This document shows, in pieces, positions 36,136-48,318 of a DNA stretch of 64,000 nt (its first letter is position 1; each line of letters begins with the position of its first letter). The notes under the pieces were generated by a model, which did not search any database, was not told where the DNA came from, and saw nothing but the letters and a program-made list of their open reading frames with translations. The translations under genes were made by a program, and so were the position numbers. The stretch comes from Eutreptiella sp. 'Long Island Sound 2002' (Eukaryota; Protista; Euglenida): the NCBI GenBank assembly GCA_964036045.1, contig OZ038378.1, positions 93,930,001 through 93,994,000 of the forward strand. Reading direction: 5' to 3'.

Positions 36136-39100
36136 CCCCCCCCCGACCGCCACCGCCCCCCCCCCCCCGACCAACACCAACACCCCCAATGGTGCCGAGA
36201 AGAAGGACGACCGTCCCGAGGATCCGATCGTCGGGACGGTCATCCACGTACCCTACCCCACCGTGGTAGAGAGGGGCACCTTCCATGGTATCCACGGACG
36301 GAAGTATGGTGCTGTTTGGTTGGAATACCCAGGCGGCACCACCCTCTACGAGGCGGCCCGGCCCCTCCTCTTCCCCACCCCCGAGGAGGGCGAGCGGTCC
36401 GGGACGAGGCCCGGTCGGGCAAGAAAAAGCCCAAACCCCCCGCCTCCACAACCGAAGAGACTAACCCCCCGATCCCGAACCCTACCACCGAACCCACGAA
36501 CCCTACTAACTCCACTAACCCCCCATCCGGACCTGCGAAGATGTGGGACCCCACTAGGGGCTCCCATGCGGTATCAGGGCCCGCATGGGGACCCAATGGG
36601 CCACAATGGCCATGCACAACATTCATGAACACACACGTAATGCATTACGTGTCATGTTGTGCAATTGTTAGGAGGGTTAATATTTGGGGAATAGAGTTAA
36701 TATTTGTGAGATTAATATTAATGCTGGTGACTTTTTAATTTTTAACTTTTCAAATATGAATCCAAAAATCAAAAATGAAAATCAAAGCCGACAACCATTT
36801 GAACATTTTGAAACAACCAGATGGGTAGGACACCTGCACCAACCGCTGGGGGAAAATGACACCAAAGCCCGCAAGGCACCCCATGGGGGGTCATAATTTT
36901 CACGACAAACGCCTAACCCCCCTTCAAAAAATGCAAGCTTGACATTAACGTTTTAATTTTTGGCCGGATATTGACTATATTGGGTTTAATCTAGGTCACT
37001 AGGGTTACCTATGGCGCACCTCAATGTTCTGCTGGTGGTATGAACGTCTGGTCCCATCGATGAATGTGCAGCAGATCGAGCACAGGCCATGTTGTTGGTG
37101 TTTCTTGTGTCCTACGGCCCTGCACAACCAATTTTGCAGATACTGTCGACCCTTCTAGTGTACTTTGTGCGGTGGACCATCCGCTTCTGGTGTTGCACCG
37201 GCCTATCTCCGAAATGCATGCAAACGGTCGTGTCGAATGACGTGAGCATGGCGCAAAACGCACCGCCTCCAAATCTTGAAGGTGAGTTGTCGTTATTTGC
37301 CAGTGGGACCCCGATTACCCTGGCTGCGGTGAAGGCCGTGGTGAAGCGCTTCGTGGAGAGAACGAAACAGGGAAAGAAAATCGATACGCAAGTGATGAGG
37401 CAGGATGCCAAAGCACTCTGCCAGGGCAGCCAGTACACTACAGGTAGTCGGCAAGAGGACCACTACATCATCCCAGCTGTCACGTCTTATAGAGAGCCCT
37501 TTTCACCTGCTTGCCCCGGATGAGAACCCTCGGCATGACATGATAGGGCCAATTTCTGCTAGTACTCCAAAGAGTAAGGTGTCACAGCCCAAGGCCGGCC
37601 CCCCAGCCAAGCCGTGTGCCATCGCCTCTCAGTCTGCTCATGTTCCAAAGGCCACAACTGTAGGTGGAGAGGTTCAGCGAAATACCCGCGGAGTGAAGAG
37701 GCCAAGGCCCCCCGTTACTACGCAAGAGGAAGCACAGACAAGCCCGGCAACACGCTCGAGCAGTTCCACGTCTGGGACCACCAAGAACCCTACTCACAGG
37801 ACATGCTGAAGTTTTTCGAGAACAAGGGGGGTAAGAGGAAGAAGAGGTGATCACAGAGTCTTATGCATGCTGGTGTTCTCCTGTTGGCAATAAAGCCCCC
37901 CCCCCCCCCCAGTGGATAGTGGTTGCTGCCTGGCACGGCGATCCGTTTGTGCCTTGTGTGTGGGGCAAACAGCACTGCTTTGCACTTGGCCCTTGCTCCC
38001 TGTCACTGTGCAGCTGTGCTCTACTGCTGGTAGTAAAACAAAATTTGTTTGTGCTCGTCACTTCCGTTACCCGGTTTGCAGCACCCCCACATGCGGACTG
38101 CCCTTGATGTGCCCGAGCTGCCAGGCTTATTTCCGACGCTGCAACTTTCATGTTGTGGTCAATTCTACTACTCACAGTAGTACCCTCATGTTGCTATCCT
38201 TCAGCATCTGCATTCACTTATAAGCCACACATCGTGCCGCTTGCACCAGACAGCAGTCCTGCTTGCTGGTGGTATTGCATTGTCTGTTGGTGTGCACTTG
38301 CACTGTGATGCATTCCCTTTGTTACTCAAGTCACGGCGTCCATAGGTCTTTGGTGAAGAAAGGTCTCGTATCTGGTTTGTGTGGTGCGGGTTCTACTGCT
38401 TGCGCAAAATAGATAGGTGCCGTCTTATAACAAAGTGGTATCAAAGTTGCAGCTACATTCGCTTTTTATGAGGAGACACTGTTGTGCATGTCTGCCTTCC
38501 ACTTTTCTTTGCGACGTCAACATACCAAGTTATGTGTCTACGCCTTGCAACAACGCCTTTTCCGATTACCATTTCCCCACACATTCATGTTTTCCACCCT
38601 ATACAGGCGAGTTCTACTGTGGGCAGTAGAACGAGTTGGCGTCGGAGACGTGGTTTTAGCAGGGGTGCTGTGAAGCTTAAAATTGATTTTCGGGTCCGTG
38701 CACATTCTTGAGATTTTAATACGAAAAAGGGGGTGTCTACGGTGCCCCCAAACCACCGTTTAATAAGTTACCCCGGGCAGTGTATCTTCGCACCCCCAAG
38801 CGCCACACCCCCATAGGGTAGCACGGGACCACGCTGGGTTCATTTCAGACGCCTATACCCCCGCTTTATCCCTTCCTTCACCCTCATCTAGTGCCAAAGG
38901 ATAGTTGTACATCCTTTTCTGACACTTGCTTGTTTCTTTCACTATTGGCTACATGGTTGTCATATGTTGTTTCATATCGTTATCCTTGCATTTTAGCTTT
39001 TTTGTTTGTATTGTCAGCAACATTGTAGCATGTCTTTTGCATGTTTTGGTACTTACAGTTTCTTAGGTTTTGTGTTGGGTCTTTCTTTGTGTGTGGTAGG

Positions 39101-39299
39101 GTTGTCCAAGTGTTTGGGGCAGTTTGACCGGGTTTTGGGGATGAGAACAAGAATAGGGGGGGGGGGGGGGCAATTCGGTTTTTTTAAGGATCGGGGGATT
39201 CTTCCTTTGCAAGAATTTGGTTTTCCTTGTAAGAAATGGGTTTTTGTGATAGGGGGGTGTTTTGGCAATGTTGTGGGAGTTTATGTAAGTTTTGGGGGG

Positions 39300-39790
39300 T
39301 TTGCTTGTCAACTTTGTTTCGGAAAAAAATACCTTTGGGAGAGGAAGGGGGGCGAGACCAACGACAACACATCACAGGGACCGAGGCCGAGAGGAAGTGC
39401 AGACCGCATGGTAATGCGTGGCCATGAAGGGGAACCACAAGAATGAAATGCAAAGTACAAACGAGGAGACCAAGGAGCCCTGAAGGAGAAACAAGCACGG
39501 GATGGAATGGTACCCAACGAGATCGCAAAAAGATGGTGCAAAAGCAAAGGCCACCAGAAACCATCAAGGGGAGAAGTGCATGAGGAACCCCACAAGGGGA
39601 CAACAACAGACTTGTAGCTCGGGGGCATGCCGCGATGCACAACGGCGGCACCAGGCTTCCTTGCGTAGCGCAGACTGCAACATGGTCACGAGGAGAAGCA
39701 TGCCCTGGCGTTCGATGTGTCTAAGGCCTTCGACCGTGCCCCCCATTGGACCTTGGCCCTGCTCACCCCTCTGGACGGCATCCGAAAATT
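39300..39790 (+). mobile_element. Non-LTR retrotransposon RT fragment (domains 2-3)
   Basis: AFDVSKAFDRAPH at about 39708-39746 is a canonical RT domain 3 motif. Confidence 0.6.
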
Positions 39791-42450
39791 GCTAGAGTTC
39801 CGAAACACCCAAGACTCCAGCCAGGTACCGAAGGCCAGCGCTGCAGCCGCCATCCATTGGGGAAATGTGGACATGACCTCGTGGTATGTTTTGTAGGACC
39901 GTGATACCAACAGTGCATGCAGCGGCGCCCGTTCAAAGGCCGGCTGAAGGTGACCCAGTAGGCCATCAAAGAGATTCCACGGGAAAGCTGCCGGGCTTTG
40001 CCCGCACGCAAGCAAAAGGGCGTATGTTCCCGAAGGAAGGAGTACGTTGCCCTCCGCCGATCCCCTGGTGGTAGCTGCATGGTTCTTGTGAGGCAATGAT
40101 TCCTCCGGACGTATCCATCTTCTCCTAGAACTATCATGTCCTCCAGTAGCAGCTTGCCCTTTGCCGGACCTCTTGGCGAGGTAGAGCGCACCACCGCAGA
40201 GAGCCGTCGTAGGTCACTGGGGAGCACCACCGCCATCAAGGACACCGTCCACTTGCTTCCATGCCCCTGCTGTGACATGAGCTCCATGGCGCTGTTTTCG
40301 AGCGGTGGATCCGCCGTGCACTCCTCCACCTTCGCACAAAGCGACGGCGCCACTTCCACGTCGCCTTTACATGTGATGTGCATATGACCTGTGTCTTCCT
40401 CACAAAAGATGCAGGAGATTGCCGGGAACACCCGGTGAGGGACCTTCGGCCGCCATTGCCGCATGGTCTGCATGGTGGGGAGACGACCGTCTCTCGCACG
40501 TAGCATGTCTCCATGTGCGGAGCCATGGTGTACCGCTTCAGGGGCACGACTTCACAGCCGCTAGCCAACGGCGTGTGGGTCAGGAAGGCACACCTTGCTT
40601 CACGCTATGAGGGGGGAAAAACAAAGGCAACTTGTTGTGGATAAACAAGTATTGAAGGGGTGCATATGGATTCCGAATGCCCGATAGAGTGGCCCAATCT
40701 ACGTTACTTCGGTGTCATCCCATGGCAAGGGAACGAAGGAGTTGAGGAGGAACCACTGCATCAAACAAGCCTCCAGCAGTGCGCCAATGGAGTCGGTGAA
40801 CGCAAGCGGTGGGCCTCCACACGGTAGTGTGGACGATGAGCAAGGAGGAAGGATACACCTCCAGTTCAAAAATTGCGGTAAAGGTACATAAGACAATGAA
40901 GCCAAAGAAACACGAGACTATTAGAAGCAGAACAAGGAAAATTACAAAGCACACATCACAAGACGGCAGGAATGGAGGCAGGCCCAAAGGCAAGTCCCGC
41001 AAGGTAGTACAACATACCACAAGTAGCGTGCATCCGCACGGATGTGAGGAGGAAGGACATGCATGAGGCGGCAAAGAGGCGGCGAAGGTTGGACAAAACC
41101 ACAATCATAGGGACAAATCGAAGGGGGGTAGCGAGCCAATGGGCCATCCTAGGGAAGTGCGGAGTGAAACGGGAATGACTAGGGTGCTAGATAACAAGCA
41201 AAAGCAAGCTGCACCGAAGGGGAAGCAGATCAAGAGTACAACATGCACAACACCCACCAATCGCAAAAGTGGCGGCAAGGCACGCGCGCACAGCGGAGCT
41301 AGTAGCATGCAGGAAGTTGAGGCAATGGAGCAACGAAGTTGAGCAAGGTGAGGGGCAACGTAACATCGGGCGAAACAGAGGGAACCAAGCAGAGGTGGCG
41401 TACGCGAACGTGACCACGTAGTGCGAAGAGAAGCAGGTGCATATCAAGATAGTGCCCGGATGGATAAGACCAATGAGAATGCTTGCGGAGACACGCATGT
41501 GCGGAGGAGATGGCAGATGAGGTCAAGCGGCAATGAAGGAGTGCAACACAACCAGAGCCCACGAGACCAAACAAGGAGAGGAGACACATATGATAGGCAA
41601 GAAGGGGTCCAAAGCCATAGAGCCACAAGGCTAAGGGGACGGCGAGCGCATGGCCAGGCGGAAGAACTGACAACGGTGTGAAAGAGGGGAAGGCATAGCG
41701 GGTGTGTATGAGCAGAGGAAGTGGAACAAGATCAAGGGGGAGGAAAATGCATGTAGATGAAATAGGTACACTGAAGACAAGCGACAAAGGAAGATGCATT
41801 ATGTGTGGCCCAAGAACAACGTGTCAGGATGTGTGGTGGTACAAGAGAGTGCATCCGAAGGGCGGAGGACGGGAACAAGGAAGTAGAGTGCCGCTCAGAG
41901 TGGAATGAGGCCTTAGACATATAACACGAATGTACTCGTGCAGGATCATGCACGAGTGCAAGATACAAGTAGAGCCAAAGCTAGTGTCAACTTCTACCAT
42001 AAGTCGAAGGCGTCGTCACGGTAGCATGGTACTGCGTAGGGTAGCAGTAAGGACGGAGATGGGGGGACCATACATCGCGTGAAAAGGGCCCCAGTCACCT
42101 AGATAAGCAGCTTTATGGGGCATGTGGCATAGGGGAGTGGGAGGGATGGTCACCCCCAAAATACGTCCTTCTTCCCGGACACTAAAAGCAGGCATCCCAA
42201 GCTTGAAGATACCTATCTTCATACTACTCACGGGCCACCTCGTAATCCCGTGAGCCTTGCACTCAAGGTCTCCCTACTCGTCCTTTTAGTTGTTTCCGTT
42301 CATGCTTGCGAGCCCATACTTCCGTTTGAGGGGTTCTTCCTCGCCAACTTCGCATTGCTCACCGTGCACCAGCTTGGAGGGGGGCAGGGGAATCCCTATA
42401 CGTCTTCCCACAGGGGGTCATGGTTCACACGTGCTGCCTTTTTTGGGCCA
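39790..42450 (-). mobile_element. Non-LTR retrotransposon 3' fragment (RT domain 7 to C-terminal zinc knuckle), opposite strand
   Basis: EGRILGVTI lies at about 42150 and SCIFCEEDTGHMHITC at about 40370-40420. Confidence 0.45.
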
Positions 42451-43429
42451 TAGTTCTGGGGACTGCCTACCATGTGGGTTTAGTGTTGCTACACAGGTCA
42501 TTGCTCTTGGAGCTACATTTGGATCTCCTTCCTCTTGTGGTTCGAGTTGTGGAGTTTTGTAGATGTTCAGGCGACTATCTTTGCGATCCGGCATGCCTCG
42601 TTGTTGTTGTTGCCACGGCCCAGGGATTTGGGGATTTTTGATGGGACGGCGCAGGGTGGGGTCGGTAAAGTGGGTTTTTTTTTGCTAAAACGCCGGGATT
42701 TCACGGCACGTATCTCTTGCAAAGGGTGCCCTGGTGTTTTTTTTTTGCGGGGGGCAGGGGCATGGTGGCCCTTCGAGAAACACAATGCAGTGAAACGGGG
42801 AGTTATGCGTTCATGGGTGAGCCGAAGTTCACCAACACACAGCTGGAAGTATGCACAACCCTACTACGGTTGCGAACGCACTGCATAAGGGTGCACCACT
42901 AGCCTGAAGTGGGTCACAATACAAAAGCGTTGGTGCATTTGCTGTGGTTTGAGGCAAGTGCAAAGAGATTTATGATACCTTGGGGGCAAAACAAAATATG
43001 AAGGGTGCCGCTACTACATTTAACTTCATTAAAAAGGGGGCAGAAAAACTAAAAAGAAAAAGACCACATATAGAGGACAAGAGCAGAAAAAACGTGCACA
43101 CAAACTTCGGTATATGGCGGAATAATGATTTGGTCAGTTTGAAGACGGTAGAACCTGAAGTTGTCCTAAAGTAAATCAATTTAGCTAATTTTAGAAGCCC
43201 ACATGAAAATTGTGCCTTTCCGCACTTGTGTTCCTCTTGTGGCTGCCGCCTGCAAGGGAGCATGGAGTAGAAAAAGAGGAGAGAAGAGTGGGAACAGTGA
43301 TGTTTACATTGCACGATGGCATTGCTGGCAAAATTCGCCGACACAGACTGTTATCCTGTGTAGTGTGATGTGCAATAGAGTGCCGTGTGGTGTGTGGTGG
43401 CCGAGTGTAGTGAAATTCGTTGCCACGTT

Positions 43430-45330
43430 GTATTAGTGGGCCAATGAAGATGATGGTTGTAATGGACGAGTGGCTATGAGATGGATGTGCTTAGGAAAGG
43501 AGGATGAATGTTGTGGGTGGGCGGAAAGCTGCAGATGGTAAAATGTTAGCAGTGAGGAGGTCGATGGAGGGTTGAGTATGCGTGCTAGGTTACAGGGGGA
43601 TGGGGGGTAAGATCAGTGGCGTAGGTTGCTGGGTGGTTGAATGTAAATTAGCGGATGGTGTTAGACCTAGTGGGGGGAAATGAGATGAGCGACTTTGAGG
43701 TGATCGAGTGGATGTGGAGGGTGGTGTAGTTGTTGGACATGAAGCAGAGGTAAGTGCACGGAGGAGCTGGAAAAAAGTAGGTGATGTGGGGTGGGGGTCT
43801 AAGGGTAGGTGTTGAAGTTGTAGTGTCGCAGGTTTGCATGGGCGCTTGGGGAGGGCCGTGGGTTATTTTTTGTAGGCGTGTTTGTTTTGAGGCGTGGGTT
43901 GTAACAGTTTCGGGAAGTGGAGAGGGTAGGGGGTGGGTAGTTGATGTGCTGTAGATGGAGTTAAATTCATTCCAAGGGTTGTGCGCGGACGTTGCACGAA
44001 TTTTTTGAATATTCGGAATCGGGTTATCTCAGAGCGATTCCTTGATGTTGTATAATGTATTGTGTAGTGGTTTGTGTTGTTGTTTGAAAGTGAGATCCAG
44101 GTTGGTATGGTTGTGGTGGTAAGTGACGTCTTTATGTGGGCTGCGGAGTACGTTGTTGAGTGAATTTGAAATGAGGCTGCGGATGAAGTTGCGTTTGTCC
44201 GGTAATGGAGCGGTTGTCCACCATGATGGCATTGTTGGTTTAACGGGGGGATCTAGGTATAGATCAGTAAGGCTTGGAGTTTGGCCGTAGAGGAGCATGT
44301 AGAGACAAAAGTGATGGGGTCAAGTGGGTGATGTGTGTGGCAGTTGGGGCAAAGGTGGTTGTTGAGGATGCAATGGGGTTTGTAACCTTTGCAACAGCAA
44401 AGACCGTTCATCCGTTTGAAGTTGAACGTAGAAAACCATGAGACTTTGAGAAAAAAATTTCTTGCCTAGGCAAAGATGGATGTTGTTGTGGTTATGTGAC
44501 GGCAGTTTATGTTTGGTTGTTATTTTGTTGGAAGCGGCGGTTGAGTTTGAACAAGGATCATTGATGTGGAGGGAAGAATATGGAGGAGAAGGTGGAGGGA
44601 CAACGATTTGAAGATACACTCGGCTGCGTCGTTGCTGCCGATTTTGGTGGCATGACCTTTTATCCAAGTGAACACAAATGTGAAGTTATTGAAGTGTTGG
44701 AGTAGGTGGCATATGAGGTTGTACCGAAGCGTGAAGGAATTGCAATCGGAAAACAAGGGGGGTTTGTTCAGTTGTTGGAAATAGTGGAGTGTGGTGCATA
44801 GAGACAAGATGTCTATGGCGAAGATGATGTTTTGTTTCTAGGAGGGGAGATCATGGAACAGGAGAGTTGTGATGATGGCATAGATTTCTGCGGGATCCTT
44901 TAATTGGGGAGATGGTGGCAAGGATGGTATGATGATTGGCGATCGATGATTGCTGCTAGGCTGGATGGTTTGGGAGAAGTAGGATCGTGTGATCCGTTGG
45001 TGCAGATGATGTTGTGTTGCTGAAATTGTTGGACGGAGTGGTAGAGGCCAAGACAACCCAAATAGTTAGGATGAACGTCATTCGGACGTAGCAGTTTGTG
45101 TTTGGAAGTAAAGATGAGGCATAGATTAGTGGCTGGAAGGGAGGGAAGAGATTGCGGTTCAAAAAGCATGTGAGCTAGAGAAAGAAAGGTGGATGCAGTG
45201 GTGGTTGGTCTAGTTGGGAGTTGAAAGTTGTGAGAGCTTGTTATTGGGCAACTGGCGTCATAGAATTGAACGATGGATGTTCCGGGATCGCATGTGGGAA
45301 GGAAATGCGTGGATGTATGGAAGGAGCCTT
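43430..45330 (-). mobile_element. Decayed non-LTR retrotransposon fragment with RNase H domain
   Basis: FTFVFTWIKGHATKIGSNDAAE matches the RNase H W-x-KGH...GN-x2-AD motif. The region has strong strand asymmetry. Confidence 0.6.
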
Positions 45331-45334
45331 CTAT

Positions 45335-45943
45335 GGTGGTGTGAATTATTTTTCTTTAAAGAGAAGACAAAAATAATTCTAGAAAAGTTTTCATAAAAAA
45401 AGTCAAATATTTGAAAAATAACGCCGCATAATGAAAATTTTCATCTTCGATTTAAAGACTTTTCAAAGTAATAGCAAAGGATTTCCACCCAAAAAATACG
45501 GTATAAATTGAATCAAAAATCCTTTTAGAAGAATAAGACAAATTCCTAATTATCTCACGCAAAAAAAATAAAAAAAAATAAAACATCTTAATATTAAAAC
45601 CATAGAAGATGAAATTTATGCTATAACAAATCAAGTTTTAATGAGTCAAAAATTTTGTATATTCTAATCGTGAAATACCGCAATCATCCAATAAAGAAAG
45701 ACCTTTTCCCTCAAACTTTTACAATACATCAAATGCCCAATATAATGAGAATGTAACATTTTTAAGGTAGTATTTCGTTTCGACGAACGGACATTTGGTG
45801 AAGCTTTATTGAAAAGATGTTTGGTGATTTTGTTTTTTTTCTTCATTAAAAGTCTCAAAAGGTCTTTGTCGTAAAAAGAGCAAGAATATTTTGAAATTGT
45901 ACAAAATTTATGATAAATTCCTTAGTTATAAGCAATAGGATAT
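45335..45943 (-). pseudogene. NUPT part 2: continuation of the atpB group II intron maturase-like ORF (domain X and beyond)
   Basis: The region is AT-rich. It joins part 1 across TAGGATAT to read AIKLYPIAYN*GIYHK(F)C, resembling the domain X consensus LNPIIRGWANY. Confidence 0.75.
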
Positions 45944-47517
45944 GAGGATTGTGTATAGCGACCAAATTGGCTATCAGACATCAGACATTATCCTTTTGTG
46001 GACCGTCATTACCCAAAGCATGAACCCGCTAACCCCAGCCCCTGTCATTATGCACTACATGAGACCCCCCCCCCCTCTAAGACCCACATTCGACGTTCCA
46101 ATGGAAGATGACCCCCCCACACACACATACTCTTCAGATTCCCCCCCTCCCCCCTCGCCCCTTGGCCCTGTACATTCTTCCATCCCCCAGTCTTGGGTGC
46201 TTTCATGCACCCCCCCCCCCTGAAAACAAGTGTCTAGGAAAGTATGGAAACCCACTGTTTGATTCAATTTCATTCCCAACCCATTGATAGAACATGTAAA
46301 AGCCATGCCGAGAGCATGCACATTGACACTTGTGTGCCAACCATGGCGTTCGCACACCGGTTGGCATACCACAACAGCATAGCCATGCACCAATCTGAGC
46401 CTTGGTGTTGTGTCATGCTATGCTTGCGCGCCTGTGCGAAGAGGGGAAATTTCTCGGACCCCCCCCCCCTCGCTGAACAAACTTGGTGGGACTACCATCA
46501 CCCATGTGTTGCTTGTAGGCTTGGCCTTGGCGTTGTCCTTGAAAGTGTACATCAATTCGTATGTGACTCTTATATTCTTGGCTGTGTGTGTGCTTTGCTT
46601 TCTTTTGTGCACCCTGACTTGGGCACCACCCCCCTCCTGCCCAAGGAAAACCCCCTCCCCCTTTAAGCCGTAGGAATGGATCGAATTTGTGGGTGGGCTC
46701 TCTGACAGTGCATTAATTGCAATCTGATTCATCTCGGCCTTCGATCTTCTCACCGCTGGCTTCTTCAGCCTACAGTCATTGTGCGCCATGCACACTGGGC
46801 AGCCTACGGGCGTGGCAGTCTCCCACTGAGTAACGTGGTTTTAGACTCAACAAATCCTCGCTACGTGTCAAATCGGGTAGCATAGTCATTTGTGGGATCA
46901 TCGTAGCACTAGACAACTCTGAAAGTATAGGCCACGCAAAATGCACACGGTAAACTTTGTTAGGATAAAATGGCCTCCGCCCTACGTTCTATAAGAGAAC
47001 GGGCGGAGTCCTCTAGTTAAGCTTGCTTGCTTGGTAGGAGGTTTGTCTAACCTCTTGAGAGGTAGTCCCTAAGAACGGTATGATACGTCGAGGGGCTATT
47101 TGACTGGCCATTATGGCAAACGTCCCGTTTGTTATTGTCACAGGTGGGGCAGGGCAAGGTTGATTGATGCACAAGTCCCCCAGCCAAAAAAGGGGGCGCT
47201 GATCGCACCCAAATACAACTTGAACCCCACGGGGCGCTGCCATAGTGGCCCAAGTGGCGCAGAATATGATAAAAGACCCCTAATGGGGTGCAGATCACAG
47301 CCCCTTCGTATTACGCACAGTTAGCACGACGCTCCAAGCCCTGTTCGGGGAAACACGTAGTGGCGTCAACTGTCAAGCCAGGGTTGTAGTGGATCCGTGT
47401 TCTCTCTTGCAATTCTACAGGAGGGCCTATTGGCCCTAAAGACCTTATTGGACAACCCAAGTTAGTGTGTGTAGGTCATAGCCCCACCGCTCCTTATCAA
47501 TTTCATAGGTCCCCCCC

Positions 47518-48318
47518 TTGTGCCTCATTGTGCTTCAGTGTGCATCAGTGTGCATCAGTGTGCTTCACTGTGCATCAATGTGCATCGGTGTGCATCAATG
47601 TGCTTCAGTGTGCATCACCGTGCATCCGTGTGCTTCCGTGTGCATTAGTGTGCATTACTGTGCATCACTGTGCAGCAGTGTGTTTCAGTGTGCATCAGTG
47701 TGCATCACTGTGCCTCAGTGTGCATTAATGTGTCTCAGTGTGCATCATGAGTGTGTTTCAGTGTGCGGTGTGTTGCAGTGTGCATCGGTGTTTTTCAGTG
47801 TGCATCAGTGTGCTTCAATGTGCATGAATGTGCATGATTGTGCATTAGTGTGCATCACTATGCATCACAGTGCATCACCGTGCATCAGTGTGCATCAATG
47901 TGCATCAGTTTGCATCAGTGTTTTTCGGTGTGCACCAATGTGTTTCAATGTGCATCAGTGTGTTTCAATGTGCATCAGTGTGATTCAATGTGCATGAATG
48001 TGCATCATTGTGCATTAGTGTGCATCACTATGCATCACGGTGCATCACTGTGCATCAGTGTGCATCAATGTGCATCAGTGTGCATCAGTGTGCATCACTG
48101 TGCATCACTCTGCATCACTGTGCATCAGTGTGCATCGCTCTCCATCACTCTGCATCACTGTGCATTACTGTGCATGAGTGTGCATCAGTCTGCATCAGTG
48201 TGCATCAATATGCTTCGTTGTGCTTCGGATTGTTCCAGTGTGCATCAGTGTGTTTCTTTGTGCATCACTGTGCATCACTGTGCATCAATGTGTTTCACTG
48301 TGCATCAGTGTGTTTTAG
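47518..48318. repeat. 10-bp minisatellite (GTGCATCA[G/C/A]T)n
   Basis: Directly visible; the Cys/His-rich ORFs in this interval are translation artefacts. Confidence 0.97.

Larger units (their letters stand above)
31849..37004 (+). mobile_element. 5.16-kb CMC-type (EnSpm/Chapaev/Transib-related) DNA transposon
   Basis: It has ~34-bp TIRs, CCC(C/T)(G/A)GTGACCTAGATTAAA..CAATAT.GT.AAT, with TT on both flanks (possible 2-bp TSD). Confidence 0.85.
29576..37850 (+). pseudogene. Element C cargo: ParB-like plus degenerate MTase-like gene, interrupted by the CMC element at 31849-37004
   Basis: Segments CRGLSRPL, YFTIVGQHIFAVVREL (about 30255-30305), MKLEPST..GGLHQRA, EMAVYST, FIPRPP|LPM and LVFLVSYGP parallel the A and B cargo genes. 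There are many frameshifts. Confidence 0.55.
3786..38800 (+). mobile_element. Element C: outer DNA transposon of the ParB/MTase-cargo family, hosting nested insertions
   Basis: The left end CCTGGGGGTGCAAAGTTAC-N11-TAACTTA matches the reverse complement of the right end CTTGGGGGTGCGAAGATAC-N11-TAACTTA. The 5-bp flanks are CCTCA and CGCCA (degenerate). The palindrome TTCTACTGCTAGCAGTAGAA was seen only between these ends. Confidence 0.6.

Noticed and set aside
47013-47460. Tyrosine recombinase remnant
   Set aside because: No R-H-R-Y catalytic signature was found.
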